A stretch of DNA of 52,368 nucleotides. It comes from a virus. Taxonomy: Duplodnaviria > Caudoviricetes. Positions within the stretch are counted from its first letter, which is position 1; each line of letters begins with the position of its first letter. The stretch spans positions 1-52,368 of IMG/VR virus record IMGVR_UViG_3300025645_000102, one strand, 5' to 3'. The notes under the pieces are model-generated. The model was given only the letters and a program-made list of their open reading frames with translations, had not been told where the DNA came from and ran no database searches. The translations under genes and the position numbers were made by a program. Below are positions 27,888 through 37,415 of this stretch, piece by piece.

Positions 27888-30800
27888 TTATCCGCACATA
27901 TATATTACGGCGATTTGTTTTATTTCAGACGGACTATCAAAAGTCACGTCTTGTCTAGCTTTTGCAACCGTATAGTTTCGAACTAGGTTGTCGGCCTGCT
28001 TCATGCCTTTTCCTTGTAAATTTGAACTAGTAATTAAATCACCGGCTTCTATGTTCCCTCCTTGACCACACACATTTAGCATTCCTTCACCTACTGAGTT
28101 TATTACTGCACGTTGGTGAGTATCCTCATATCCAAGTGATTCAGTCATGGCCGCAGGTAAGTCACCAACATCGGTATTAGATGCGCTAACAAATATACCG
28201 ACTACACTTTTAGTATTGGCTGTTATCGTGGGAGCTATTTCAGTGATTGTATCAGAGACGCTTGATGATGCGATAAACGAGCTATCAAAGACGATATCGC
28301 CTGGCTCAATAGTTGTATCATTTAGTATTAATGCATCGTGAGTACCAGTGAAGGGGCCGTAACCACCTCCACGGGAGTAAAAAGCGTTTGTTGTTCCATA
28401 CGCACTAACCCCCTGCCCTGCCCCGTTTCCACCACCACCACCAATAGATATTGCCTGAGGAAGCCCATTTATCGGTACAATAGCAAGTCTCCCACTCGTA
28501 GGTAAGATATTTAAACGTGAAACTCCAGTACCGTCGCGAAAATCAAATCCAGTTTCACCAATAGTAAGTCGGCCTGAAGCACCAACTGCACTACTGCCTA
28601 GGTAATACGTTGTATCACCGTTTGTATTTACGTTGTATCTGTTACCTATCGACAACGTGCCAGAGAAAGCACCGCTAGCACCTGTTATGTCAGCTCCACT
28701 TAATGTTCCACTAAATGAACCACTAGCTCCACTTAATGCTCCACTAAAAGTACTGGTACCACTAATTTGTATATTCTTAGCGTAAACTGTACCAGCATTA
28801 TTAACACCGAAAAGAGTAGTAGCAATGGTTCTTTGAGCAGAATCAGCAGCTAATCCGTACCAAAGATTAAAACCTCTGTAGGAGGTTGTTCTTATGTCAA
28901 ACAAATAACTATTTGTTGAACTAACTGCTACTCTACTTGAAAACGTTCCTGTAGTGCCTGTTATGTCAGCTCCACTTAATGTTCCACTAAAACTGCTGGT
29001 ACCATCAATAGTTAGTCCTTTAGCAAAAATATTGCCAGCACTGTTACCGTAGAACCTACCATTTGTAGTACTTACATTACCTGTACCAAACCAAAATGGA
29101 AGAGCTGCCGTACCATTTAAAACTACTCTAGGTATCTGAGTACTGCCTGCGGTTTGTATTATCCCACCTGTTATGTTTGATCCAGTTATAGTAGAAGCAC
29201 TTAATGTTCCACTGAATGAACCAGTAGCCCCACTTAATGCTCCACTAAAAGTACTGGTACCACTAATTTGTATATTCTTAGCGTAAACTGTACCAGCATT
29301 AGTAACACCGAAAAGAGTATTGGCAACACTTCTTTGTGATGCAGAATGAGTAGCTAAACCGTACCAAAGACTAAAGCCCATATAAGAATCTGGTCTTATG
29401 TCAATCAAATAACCATTTGTTGAATTAACTGCTACTCTACTTGAGAACGTTCCTGTAGTTCCTGATATGTTAGCTCCACTTAATGTTCCACTAAAACTAC
29501 TGTCACCATCAATAGTTAGTCCTTTAGCAAAAATATTGCCAGCATTGTTACCATAGAACTTACCATTTGTAGTATTTACATTACCTGTACCAAACCAAAA
29601 TGGAAGAGCTGCCGTACCATTTAAAACTACTCTAGGTATTTCTGTACTGGCAGATGTTTGTACTATTCCGCCTGTTATTGTCCCACCTGTTATTGTTCCG
29701 CCTGTTATTGTCGCGCCAGACACATTATCTGAGAAAGTACCAGAAGAGCCTGTAATATCTCCTTTAACTACTAGACCTGTACTAGTGTATTCCATGTACG
29801 TATCGCCCGTACCTATTTTAAGGGTGCTTCCTGTCATTCTTGCAGTTTCTACGGAATCACTATTGTACATAAACAAACCTTTGGTACCACTAGACGTACC
29901 CATTCGGATAATGTCTTGCCCCGCAGCGGTCTGTACTAGGTAACTGGCATCGTTTTGAATTAACCAATCCCCGTTCTCATATTCAACGTCACCATCTATG
30001 ACTAGTTTGTCCCCAGCCGCAGCCCAAAACCCATAGTCTCCAGCAGTCCAATTTTGTACGTCTGCTGGTTCTTCATCATCCTTTGGATTTTTAGGTAAAC
30101 CTTGAAGATAACCCATAACGACTTTTTCAACATTGGTATCAAAAATACTTATGCGGTTTTTAGTAGAGTTAAGCTCAACTCTAGCACCAGTATCAGCAGA
30201 TTTTAGTAAGGTCGCGTCTAACTTCCAGCCGCCTATGGTTCCTGATGCTGCTGTAACCGTCCCAGTAAAACTACTGTTCCCATCAATAGTTAGCCCTTTA
30301 GCAAAGAGGCTACCCTCACTGTTACCGTAGAATTTAGCATTATCAGTTTCTACAGCGCCTGTACCAAACCAAAATGGAATAGTTGCAACACCATTTAAAA
30401 CTACTCTAGGTATTAAATTACTACCTGCGGTTTGTATTATCCCACCTGTTATGTTTGCACCAGTTATAGTAGAACCACTAGTGATAGAACCGCCAAAAGT
30501 ACTATCCCCACTAATTTCCATATTCTTAGCGTAAACTGTACCACCATGATCAACACCGAAAAGGGTAGTAGCAACGGTTCTATCAGCAGAATCAGCAGCT
30601 AATCCGTACCAAAGACTAAAACCTCTGTAGGAGGTTGTTCTCATGTCAAACAAATAGCCATTTGTTGAGCTAACTGCTACTCTACTTGAGAACGTTCCTG
30701 TAGTGCCTGTTATGTTAGCTCCACTTAATGTTCCACTAAAACTGCTGGTACCATCAATAGTTAGCCCTTTAGCAAAAATATTGCCAGCATTGTTACCGTA

Positions 30801-33602
30801 GAACTTACCATTTGTAGTACTTACAGCACCTGTACCAAACCAAAATGGAAGAGCTGCCGCACCATTTAAAACTACTCTAGGTACTTCTGTACTGGCAGAT
30901 GTTTGTATTGTTCCACCTGTTATGTTTGATCCAGTTATAGTAGAAGCACTTAATGTCCCACTAAATGAACCACTAGCCCCATCTAATGCTCCGCCGAAAC
31001 TGCTGGTACCATCAATAGTTAGCCCTTTAGCAAAAATATTGCCAGCATTGTTACCATAGAACTTACCATTTGTAGTATTTACATTACCTGTACCAAACCA
31101 AAATGGAAGAGCTGCCGTACCATTTAAAACTACTCTAGGTATTTCTGTACTGGCAGATGTTTGTATTGTTCCACCTGTTATGTTTGATCCAGTTATAGTC
31201 GCGGCAGACACAGTATCTGAGAAAGTACCAGAAGAACCTGTAATATCGCCTTTAACTACTAGACCGGCGCTAGTGTATTCCATGTACTGGGCTGCTCCTG
31301 CAGCTCCTAACCTAACAGCTCCTTGAGTTAGCGAGGTTACAACAACATTATTGCTGTTATACATGAATAAGCCTTTAGATGTGCCAGAAGTACCAAGCCT
31401 TATAATATCGTCTCCATCAGCAGTTTGTACCAGATAGCTCGCATCATTCTGAATTAACCAGTCGCCATTTTCATACTCAACGTCACCGTCTATAACTAAT
31501 TTGTCACCATTTTTAGCCCAAAAACCATAGTCTCCCGGCCCCCAAACCTCATCAGCTACTCCTGAATTTTTAGGTAAATTGTGGAGATAACCCATAACGA
31601 CTTTCTCAACATTGGTATCAAAAACACTTATGCGGTTTTTAGTAGAGTTAAGCTCTATTCTAGCACCAGTATCAGCAGATTTTAGTAAAGTTTCGCCTAT
31701 TGACCAGCCTCCGATAGTTCCTGATTCTGCTGATAATGCACCACCAAAAACAAAATCTTCGGTCTCTGTACTGTACTCAAAAGCTACAGAGAAATCTCCA
31801 GGACGCACAAAACGTATTTTATCCCCTATAAAGTCTAAGGTAGATAATGTCCCATCAGAAGAGCCTTTTACTCCTGCAATCCTGCCGTTAACATCTGCTA
31901 CTAAATAAAACTGAGCCTCTAAGTCTCCTACTGCGTCTTCCACAGCTGTTAATGTTAGACTAGATGCTGCATCCCAGCCAGCGTCTCCTGTAATTTCAGC
32001 CCGTAGATCTGTGATGGCTTCCTGCCTAGCACCATTCTCAGCATTAACTCCATTTCTTGCTGCCCATAAAGTAAGACTACTGCCTATTGCATCTGTACTC
32101 TCTCCTGTTATTTCTGCTTGTAGTGTTGTACTTGCGGTTGTTATATCCGCCTCTAGATCGCTAACTGCTTCGTTTAGTGCCGTTACTGTAGCCTTATTAG
32201 TTTCCAGCCCACTTACAGCAGCCGTAAGGGTAATGTCAGAAGTAGCTCTAGCTAAGGTTTCGGTTGCTAGAGTTGAGTCAAGCGCTACTACAAGGGCATT
32301 AACATCTTCAAACTGAGACTGTACCGCTACCTGCGTTGCAGCACTAGCGCTTGCGTTTGTAGATACTGTACTGGAGAGGGTGTCGATACTGCCTTCGGCA
32401 GTGTCTATCCTAGTATTCAATGCTGTGGCTAGATTTGCTCTAGCTTCGGTTTCAGTAGATAGAGCAGTATCTATCCTAGATATACTAGATTCTGTATCAC
32501 CTACTCTAGTACTTAACAACCCTGCTTGTGTTGCTCTAGCAGTACTTTCAGTTACTACAGCTTCATTAACTAAAATAATATCTGCTTCACTAACAGCAAT
32601 ATCGCTTTCATTCTCTGTAAGTCTAGCATTTATTTGTTCGACTTGAGTAGACCTAGCTAGTGTTTCTGTGGCTAGGGCGTCTCGCACATTAATTATATTA
32701 GCCTCTGAGTCGCCTATCCGAGCCCCTACTTCAATAGTTTCAATAGCCCTAGCTTGGGTTTCAGTTAATAATGTTTCTTGGGTAATCCTAATATCTGCAA
32801 AATTTTGTACGTCTTTTGTAATAAAATTTTGCGACCTAGTATTTAAACTTATTAAATCTTCTAGTATTTCGTCTGTAGTATTTAATAATGTAGCTTGCGT
32901 ACGTGTTATGTCAGTAAAATCTACGTTTATATCAATAACGTATTCTAATATTTCGTAATTAGTAAGAAAAGTAGGCTCTTGGGCTTCTACAACACCAGTA
33001 CTAAAAGTTTTAAAACTAAATAACCTAAAGTTATATATACCCGTTTTGATAGGCATACTTAATACTTTGCCTGTAGCTCCAGTAAAAAGCGTAGTCCAAG
33101 GGCCGTCTTCCAGCTCTGCGTCCTGTACTTCTAGTAGTATAGAGCTAACATTAGGTTCTTCTTTTGTGAAGGTAATATCTACTCCTACCACTGATCCGGG
33201 AGAGGTAACAGAACTTGTTCTAACAATAGATTCTATTACCATAGGACTAGCCGTAGTCACTGTGGGTAAATTAGATATATTTAGTAAGCTATTGACGCCT
33301 TGATATTGTGCGTTTAAAAGAAGTTCGTTTGAGCTAACAAACGTATCTACAAAAGCTGAAGATATATCATACTCAGTACCCACAAGTAAATCAACTACTG
33401 TGGTATGGTTGAGGCCGGTGTAGGGGTTTAAAGTTTTAACGGCGTCTTCTGCAAGACCTTCCGTTAACTTAACCCATGTAACCACCCCCGACAGGTCTAA
33501 GTCTTCGGGAGCGTTGTGGACAAGAAGTACGCTATTAAAACCTACTTCTACATCCACTACCATAGCTTTCGGTATGGCATTAGTAAAAACGTTAACTGTC
33601 AT
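27888..33602 (-). CDS. central tail fibre/spike in the pb4 position, 1904 aa
   Basis: Directly after pb3; FNIII-like N-terminus, coiled coil, repeated beta modules, C-terminal PFTGTH...NSVGEG...GDLITSS...GKGMKQ...IYMCG chaperone-like domain. Confidence 0.75.
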   Translation of the reverse strand: MTVNVFTNAIPKAMVVDVEVGFNSVLLVHNAPEDLDLSGVVTWVKLTEGLAEDAVKTLNPYTGLNHTTVVDLLVGTEYDISSAFVDTFVSSNELLLNAQYQGVNSLLNISNLPTVTTASPMVIESIVRTSSVTSPGSVVGVDITFTKEEPNVSSILLEVQDAELEDGPWTTLFTGATGKVLSMPIKTGIYNFRLFSFKTFSTGVVEAQEPTFLTNYEILEYVIDINVDFTDITRTQATLLNTTDEILEDLISLNTRSQNFITKDVQNFADIRITQETLLTETQARAIETIEVGARIGDSEANIINVRDALATETLARSTQVEQINARLTENESDIAVSEADIILVNEAVVTESTARATQAGLLSTRVGDTESSISRIDTALSTETEARANLATALNTRIDTAEGSIDTLSSTVSTNASASAATQVAVQSQFEDVNALVVALDSTLATETLARATSDITLTAAVSGLETNKATVTALNEAVSDLEADITTASTTLQAEITGESTDAIGSSLTLWAARNGVNAENGARQEAITDLRAEITGDAGWDAASSLTLTAVEDAVGDLEAQFYLVADVNGRIAGVKGSSDGTLSTLDFIGDKIRFVRPGDFSVAFEYSTETEDFVFGGALSAESGTIGGWSIGETLLKSADTGARIELNSTKNRISVFDTNVEKVVMGYLHNLPKNSGVADEVWGPGDYGFWAKNGDKLVIDGDVEYENGDWLIQNDASYLVQTADGDDIIRLGTSGTSKGLFMYNSNNVVVTSLTQGAVRLGAAGAAQYMEYTSAGLVVKGDITGSSGTFSDTVSAATITGSNITGGTIQTSASTEIPRVVLNGTAALPFWFGTGNVNTTNGKFYGNNAGNIFAKGLTIDGTSSFGGALDGASGSFSGTLSASTITGSNITGGTIQTSASTEVPRVVLNGAAALPFWFGTGAVSTTNGKFYGNNAGNIFAKGLTIDGTSSFSGTLSGANITGTTGTFSSRVAVSSTNGYLFDMRTTSYRGFSLWYGLAADSADRTVATTLFGVDHGGTVYAKNMEISGDSTFGGSITSGSTITGANITGGIIQTAGSNLIPRVVLNGVATIPFWFGTGAVETDNAKFYGNSEGSLFAKGLTIDGNSSFTGTVTAASGTIGGWKLDATLLKSADTGARVELNSTKNRISIFDTNVEKVVMGYLQGLPKNPKDDEEPADVQNWTAGDYGFWAAAGDKLVIDGDVEYENGDWLIQNDASYLVQTAAGQDIIRMGTSSGTKGLFMYNSDSVETARMTGSTLKIGTGDTYMEYTSTGLVVKGDITGSSGTFSDNVSGATITGGTITGGTITGGIVQTSASTEIPRVVLNGTAALPFWFGTGNVNTTNGKFYGNNAGNIFAKGLTIDGDSSFSGTLSGANISGTTGTFSSRVAVNSTNGYLIDIRPDSYMGFSLWYGLATHSASQRSVANTLFGVTNAGTVYAKNIQISGTSTFSGALSGATGSFSGTLSASTITGSNITGGIIQTAGSTQIPRVVLNGTAALPFWFGTGNVSTTNGRFYGNSAGNIFAKGLTIDGTSSFSGTLSGADITGTTGTFSSRVAVSSTNSYLFDIRTTSYRGFNLWYGLAADSAQRTIATTLFGVNNAGTVYAKNIQISGTSTFSGALSGASGSFSGTLSGADITGASGAFSGTLSIGNRYNVNTNGDTTYYLGSSAVGASGRLTIGETGFDFRDGTGVSRLNILPTSGRLAIVPINGLPQAISIGGGGGNGAGQGVSAYGTTNAFYSRGGGYGPFTGTHDALILNDTTIEPGDIVFDSSFIASSSVSDTITEIAPTITANTKSVVGIFVSASNTDVGDLPAAMTESLGYEDTHQRAVINSVGEGMLNVCGQGGNIEAGDLITSSNLQGKGMKQADNLVRNYTVAKARQDVTFDSPSEIKQIAVIYMCG
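28740..31720 (-). repeat. interleaved long direct repeats (modules A x2, B x5, C x3) inside the central fibre gene
   Basis: Near-identical DNA blocks, e.g. CCAAACCAAAATGGAA x5, CTGCTACTCTACTTGA x3, GCGGTTTTTAGTAGAGTTAAGCTC x2. Confidence 0.9.
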
Positions 33603-36600
33603 ATTAAATTTGTCCCTTCAATTAAATTTGTCCATTCGGAGGTAATAAAAACCCCGCTAGTAGTTGTGCCTTCAAAAGCATTAGTAGCTCTTATTTTTGC
33701 TGATACTGAGCGATAAGCGCCTACATTGCCAGTTATAGTGGCATAGTCTTCTATATTATCTTCCAAGCTATATTCATATTCAGTAAACCCCGTACTAATA
33801 TATTCTTTGCGAAGAAAAACACTACCATTTCCTGTGTATATGCCTATCTCGTACTCTGTAACTGCTGGGTTAATATGAGTGTCCCAAGACATCTGTAACT
33901 CTGTCCCTAGGAAGTATGCGCCGTCATAAGAGTTTGTAGTTTTAAAGTTTTGTACATTACTAAAACTTACCTGGCTAATAGAAGTAAAGCTACCCGAAGC
34001 AGTCGTCCATTTACTAGTTTTTGCAGCACCGGAAATGGTTCTAACCTTGAAAATATAAGGAGTATTAGCAACTAAATTTCCAACCCTAATAAAATGTTTA
34101 TTAACTCCTTGTACCTCTATTACAGTACTGATAGTTACTTCGTAGTCTGGGCTTTCTTGTAGCCAGTCACGAACATCATATCTGAGCACGTTAGCGGTAG
34201 GATCTACGTCCCAGATTAATAACCCGTTAACATCTTCAAAGCTTTCCCCAGTAAGTGAGGGTAACCTAGTAGATGGTAGGGATATAAACTCTAAACCTCT
34301 AGGAGGAAGAACGTTAGGCACTATCGGAGTATTTTCTCCAGAATTATCGTTGCTATCACTTACATCGTATATGGATTCGTCGTAGTCTTCAAGAGTAAGC
34401 TGTACTAAACCGTCTGGCTGCAGCACACAAGTTTTAACTCTAAAGACTTTTTCATCATAATTAAACCTATCGTATGTAAAAGTTATATTAGCATTAGGAT
34501 ACAGATAAGAATACTTATAATACGTTGTAAAAGTAATTTCTCTAGAATACCTAGATTTAGATAACTGTACTTGAGCCCACTCTCTTGCAGTATAATAGTT
34601 AGTAAGGTTGTTAAATACTATGTTACCTTTTTTAGCTATATTGTTATCTGCGGCTAGATACGCCGAGTTAAAAAAGTTTATTTGTGTAGTTCCCCAACCT
34701 TGTGCGGGGTTTACAATAGTAGCTTGAATAGAGTTCCATTTATTTTTACTAGATAGATCTTTTGTCTTTATAGCCCCTATTACCTCGTTTGATAAGATAT
34801 TAGCTATGGGAGCATTATTACTTTCTACAGATAAATGATACTTACCACCTAGTATATTCAGAGTGCCATCAAATTGTTTGAGCATTCCAGATATATTTTT
34901 AGTTACAGTATTATCGGTCTGAACAACCGTGTTAGTTTGCATTTTAGTTTTTTGAGGATCTGGAATCGCATTTGTCATGTCAGGTAGATTTTTCCAACCT
35001 AAGTATCTCCAATACGTGACAAAACTATTTTCATATGTAGTTGTTACCTGGTCTAAAGAATCTGCTACATCTTTAAAAGAACTTGTGTCGATTAAATTGC
35101 TGTCTAAACCCCCACCACTAATTGGATCTGTAATATAATCCAACAACTGCCACACTGGATTCAATGTGTATTGGTTGGGTACTGCAGTTCCTTGGTCGTT
35201 ATATGTGTCTACTAGTTTGCCAGATACTACTGCATCTAAAACAGGAATCTTTGTATCTTCTGTAATATCTACTTTTAACACTGCGTAGCAGGTGTCCGTT
35301 AGGGTAGAAAACTCATCCCAGTAACTACCTACTTGTGCGGGTGAGAGCGGGCCAACAACCGTTGCGTACTTTTCTGCGAGCCACTGGTCTTGTTGTTGAA
35401 AATTCCTAGCAGCGGCTTGAGCTTTTATCTCTGTACAAGCTTCTTGGTCAGATTTTCCGTGAAATATCTTAACCCAGCGCCTACCAGTATCGTTAGTTAT
35501 AGTAAAAGCTTCACCATGTTCAGTACCTGTAGTTCTAAGCCTATCAGGATCTGTCGGTGGTATGAGGTTTATTCGTGGAGGGTAAGTGGCTAACCCTTCC
35601 TCATCAATCCAACCATCAAACTCTCCGTCTAATAATAAGATTTCGTCCTCTGCCATTTGAGACGAATAAGCAGATAAAGTGTCACCGTTTGCTTGATTAC
35701 CTAAACAAACTCTGTTTAGCCCGTCCTGAGAAGAAGAGCATATTATAGGGCCATCGTCTAAATAAAGATTTAATATAGAGTCTATCTCTCCCTCACAAAA
35801 TGCGTATACAACATACAGTGCACTGTTATCTTTTAATACGTCTACAAAGATAGGTATACCTGGAACTTTGCGTACACCGTAAACTTTAGGTAATGCTTTT
35901 GCTGCTAAAGATACCCCCAGTTCCAAAGTATTAAATACCTCTACTTCAGAGGCTATTACTTTAGTTTTAAAACCAAACCAGCTAGTTTTAGTTCTATACC
36001 TAGTCTCCGAGGTAGTGTACTGTGTGATTAAATCGATAGTTTGATTGGCGTGTTGAAATCCTGTGTCAGTTTTATAGCTTTCTTTTTTAGCTCCAGTACT
36101 AGGGATTGAACTTCCGTCTTCAGCCACACTCAAACCTCTGTGTGCGATATCGTCGGTAATTCTGCCGTTTATTAACTCACCGTCTTGAAACTTACCGGCA
36201 CATTCCCAAGTGACTGTAGAAGACCCTGAGATAACGCTTTCCGAAATATTTATATTAGAAATATCTCCTATAAAGTATTGCATAGGCCCTTCTGTTGTTA
36301 CGTCAAAAGGTATAATAGCACCGCTAGCGTCTAAGTAAGCTCTGAGTACTTCAACCTCCCTACCAACATAAGACTCACTATTATTATCTACTAAACCCCT
36401 ATCAAGCTCTACTTGGAACTCTCCTGCTATATCTACAGATAACTTATAGTTAGTTATACCTTGTGTTTGCCTGAGCTGCCCAACTTTAGTTACTTTACCT
36501 GCCTCATATGTATGACCGTCCCAAACTATATCATTAGCATAGTCAGTAACATACATATAAACGGGAGTACCTGCAGTTGCAAGTTCTATTTTTATTAAAT

Positions 36601-36667
36601 TAGCTATTTTAACTTGAGTAGTGTTGGCTAAATAAGTAATAGCGTTTGGGCGTAAGTTTCTGCTCAT
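33599..36667 (-). CDS. pb3: baseplate hub protein
   Basis: NGRITDD..HRGL, DTGFQHAN, LPKVYGVRKVPGIPIFVD, NPVWQLLDY, C-terminal FNIII-like domains; synteny. Confidence 0.85.
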   Translation of the reverse strand: MSRNLRPNAITYLANTTQVKIANLIKIELATAGTPVYMYVTDYANDIVWDGHTYEAGKVTKVGQLRQTQGITNYKLSVDIAGEFQVELDRGLVDNNSESYVGREVEVLRAYLDASGAIIPFDVTTEGPMQYFIGDISNINISESVISGSSTVTWECAGKFQDGELINGRITDDIAHRGLSVAEDGSSIPSTGAKKESYKTDTGFQHANQTIDLITQYTTSETRYRTKTSWFGFKTKVIASEVEVFNTLELGVSLAAKALPKVYGVRKVPGIPIFVDVLKDNSALYVVYAFCEGEIDSILNLYLDDGPIICSSSQDGLNRVCLGNQANGDTLSAYSSQMAEDEILLLDGEFDGWIDEEGLATYPPRINLIPPTDPDRLRTTGTEHGEAFTITNDTGRRWVKIFHGKSDQEACTEIKAQAAARNFQQQDQWLAEKYATVVGPLSPAQVGSYWDEFSTLTDTCYAVLKVDITEDTKIPVLDAVVSGKLVDTYNDQGTAVPNQYTLNPVWQLLDYITDPISGGGLDSNLIDTSSFKDVADSLDQVTTTYENSFVTYWRYLGWKNLPDMTNAIPDPQKTKMQTNTVVQTDNTVTKNISGMLKQFDGTLNILGGKYHLSVESNNAPIANILSNEVIGAIKTKDLSSKNKWNSIQATIVNPAQGWGTTQINFFNSAYLAADNNIAKKGNIVFNNLTNYYTAREWAQVQLSKSRYSREITFTTYYKYSYLYPNANITFTYDRFNYDEKVFRVKTCVLQPDGLVQLTLEDYDESIYDVSDSNDNSGENTPIVPNVLPPRGLEFISLPSTRLPSLTGESFEDVNGLLIWDVDPTANVLRYDVRDWLQESPDYEVTISTVIEVQGVNKHFIRVGNLVANTPYIFKVRTISGAAKTSKWTTASGSFTSISQVSFSNVQNFKTTNSYDGAYFLGTELQMSWDTHINPAVTEYEIGIYTGNGSVFLRKEYISTGFTEYEYSLEDNIEDYATITGNVGAYRSVSAKIRATNAFEGTTTSGVFITSEWTNLIEGTNLI

Positions 36668-37314
36668 AGTATATTTTCTCTTAAAGATAGGCTAAAAGAT
36701 GAGTACAACCCAGAACTATTAAGTTTAAGGGCTGGAATTGCCGCAGTAGATCGTACTTTAAATAATATATCATTCATTTGTAAGAAGCTTAAACCTATTA
36801 GCTCAGGGTTTATTACATCACAGTTTAATGATACAATTAATTTGGTTCCCACCTGCTGAACTTTAGTTACAAAATATATTTTTTTACTGATACTGAGTTT
36901 TAACATGTCACCAGCAGTTATATCATTGGTACCGCTCATGCTGCTCCAATCTGTAATCTCTATAATATTAGAGGCATCCCCCATATCTATTCTGTATTGT
37001 GCGTTATACCCAACCCAAGCACCTGTCTGTGGTTGAGTATGTTGTGGTATTGAAACATAAAAATCAGAATAAACACCTTGTAAAGAATATAAAAAAGGTT
37101 GTAATGATCTGGCTTGCTCTATGTCTAGGTCTGGGTATGTAATTGATATATTCCAATAACTACCTCCAGGGTAGCGCACGGATACAGTAGCGCCACTATT
37201 TAAAGAATGTACCATGCCAGGGTCTACTGGTGCTAAATCTACGGATATAAAACCCGGCCCTGCTGGTGTTGTTGTTGGGTCAGGTAGCCTGCCCAGAGTT
37301 GAATCGTATGCCAT
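36664..37314 (-). CDS. pb9: distal tail protein (Dit)
   Basis: RLPDP...PGF.SV, YW.ISI.YP, C-terminal LRE; between the tape measure gene and pb3. Confidence 0.8.
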   Translation of the reverse strand: MAYDSTLGRLPDPTTTPAGPGFISVDLAPVDPGMVHSLNSGATVSVRYPGGSYWNISITYPDLDIEQARSLQPFLYSLQGVYSDFYVSIPQHTQPQTGAWVGYNAQYRIDMGDASNIIEITDWSSMSGTNDITAGDMLKLSISKKIYFVTKVQQVGTKLIVSLNCDVINPELIGLSFLQMNDILFKVRSTAAIPALKLNSSGLYSSFSLSLRENIL

Positions 37315-37336
37315 TAAGTGTCCTCCATTTAGATAT

Positions 37337-37365
37337 ATTATATCCTACTATCGTAGAACTTACAA
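37337..37365 (-). promoter_or_regulatory. sigma70-type late promoter for tail-tip genes
   Basis: Minus strand A-tract, TTGTAA (37365-37360), 17 nt, TATAAT (37342-37337); GGAGG SD follows. Confidence 0.8.
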
Positions 37366-37386
37366 TATAAATTTTTTATTTCCCAC

Positions 37387-37414
37387 AAAAAAAGAGCCCG
37401 AAAGCTCTTTTTTT
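37387..37414. terminator. terminator after the tape measure gene
   Basis: AAAAAAAGAGC-CCGAAA-GCTCTTTTTTT. Confidence 0.85.
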
Positions 37415-37415
37415 A

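Noticed and set aside
28740-31720. Diversity-generating retroelement or shufflon
   Set aside because: No reverse transcriptase or invertase in the window; repeats are direct, in frame, and differences are not adenine-specific
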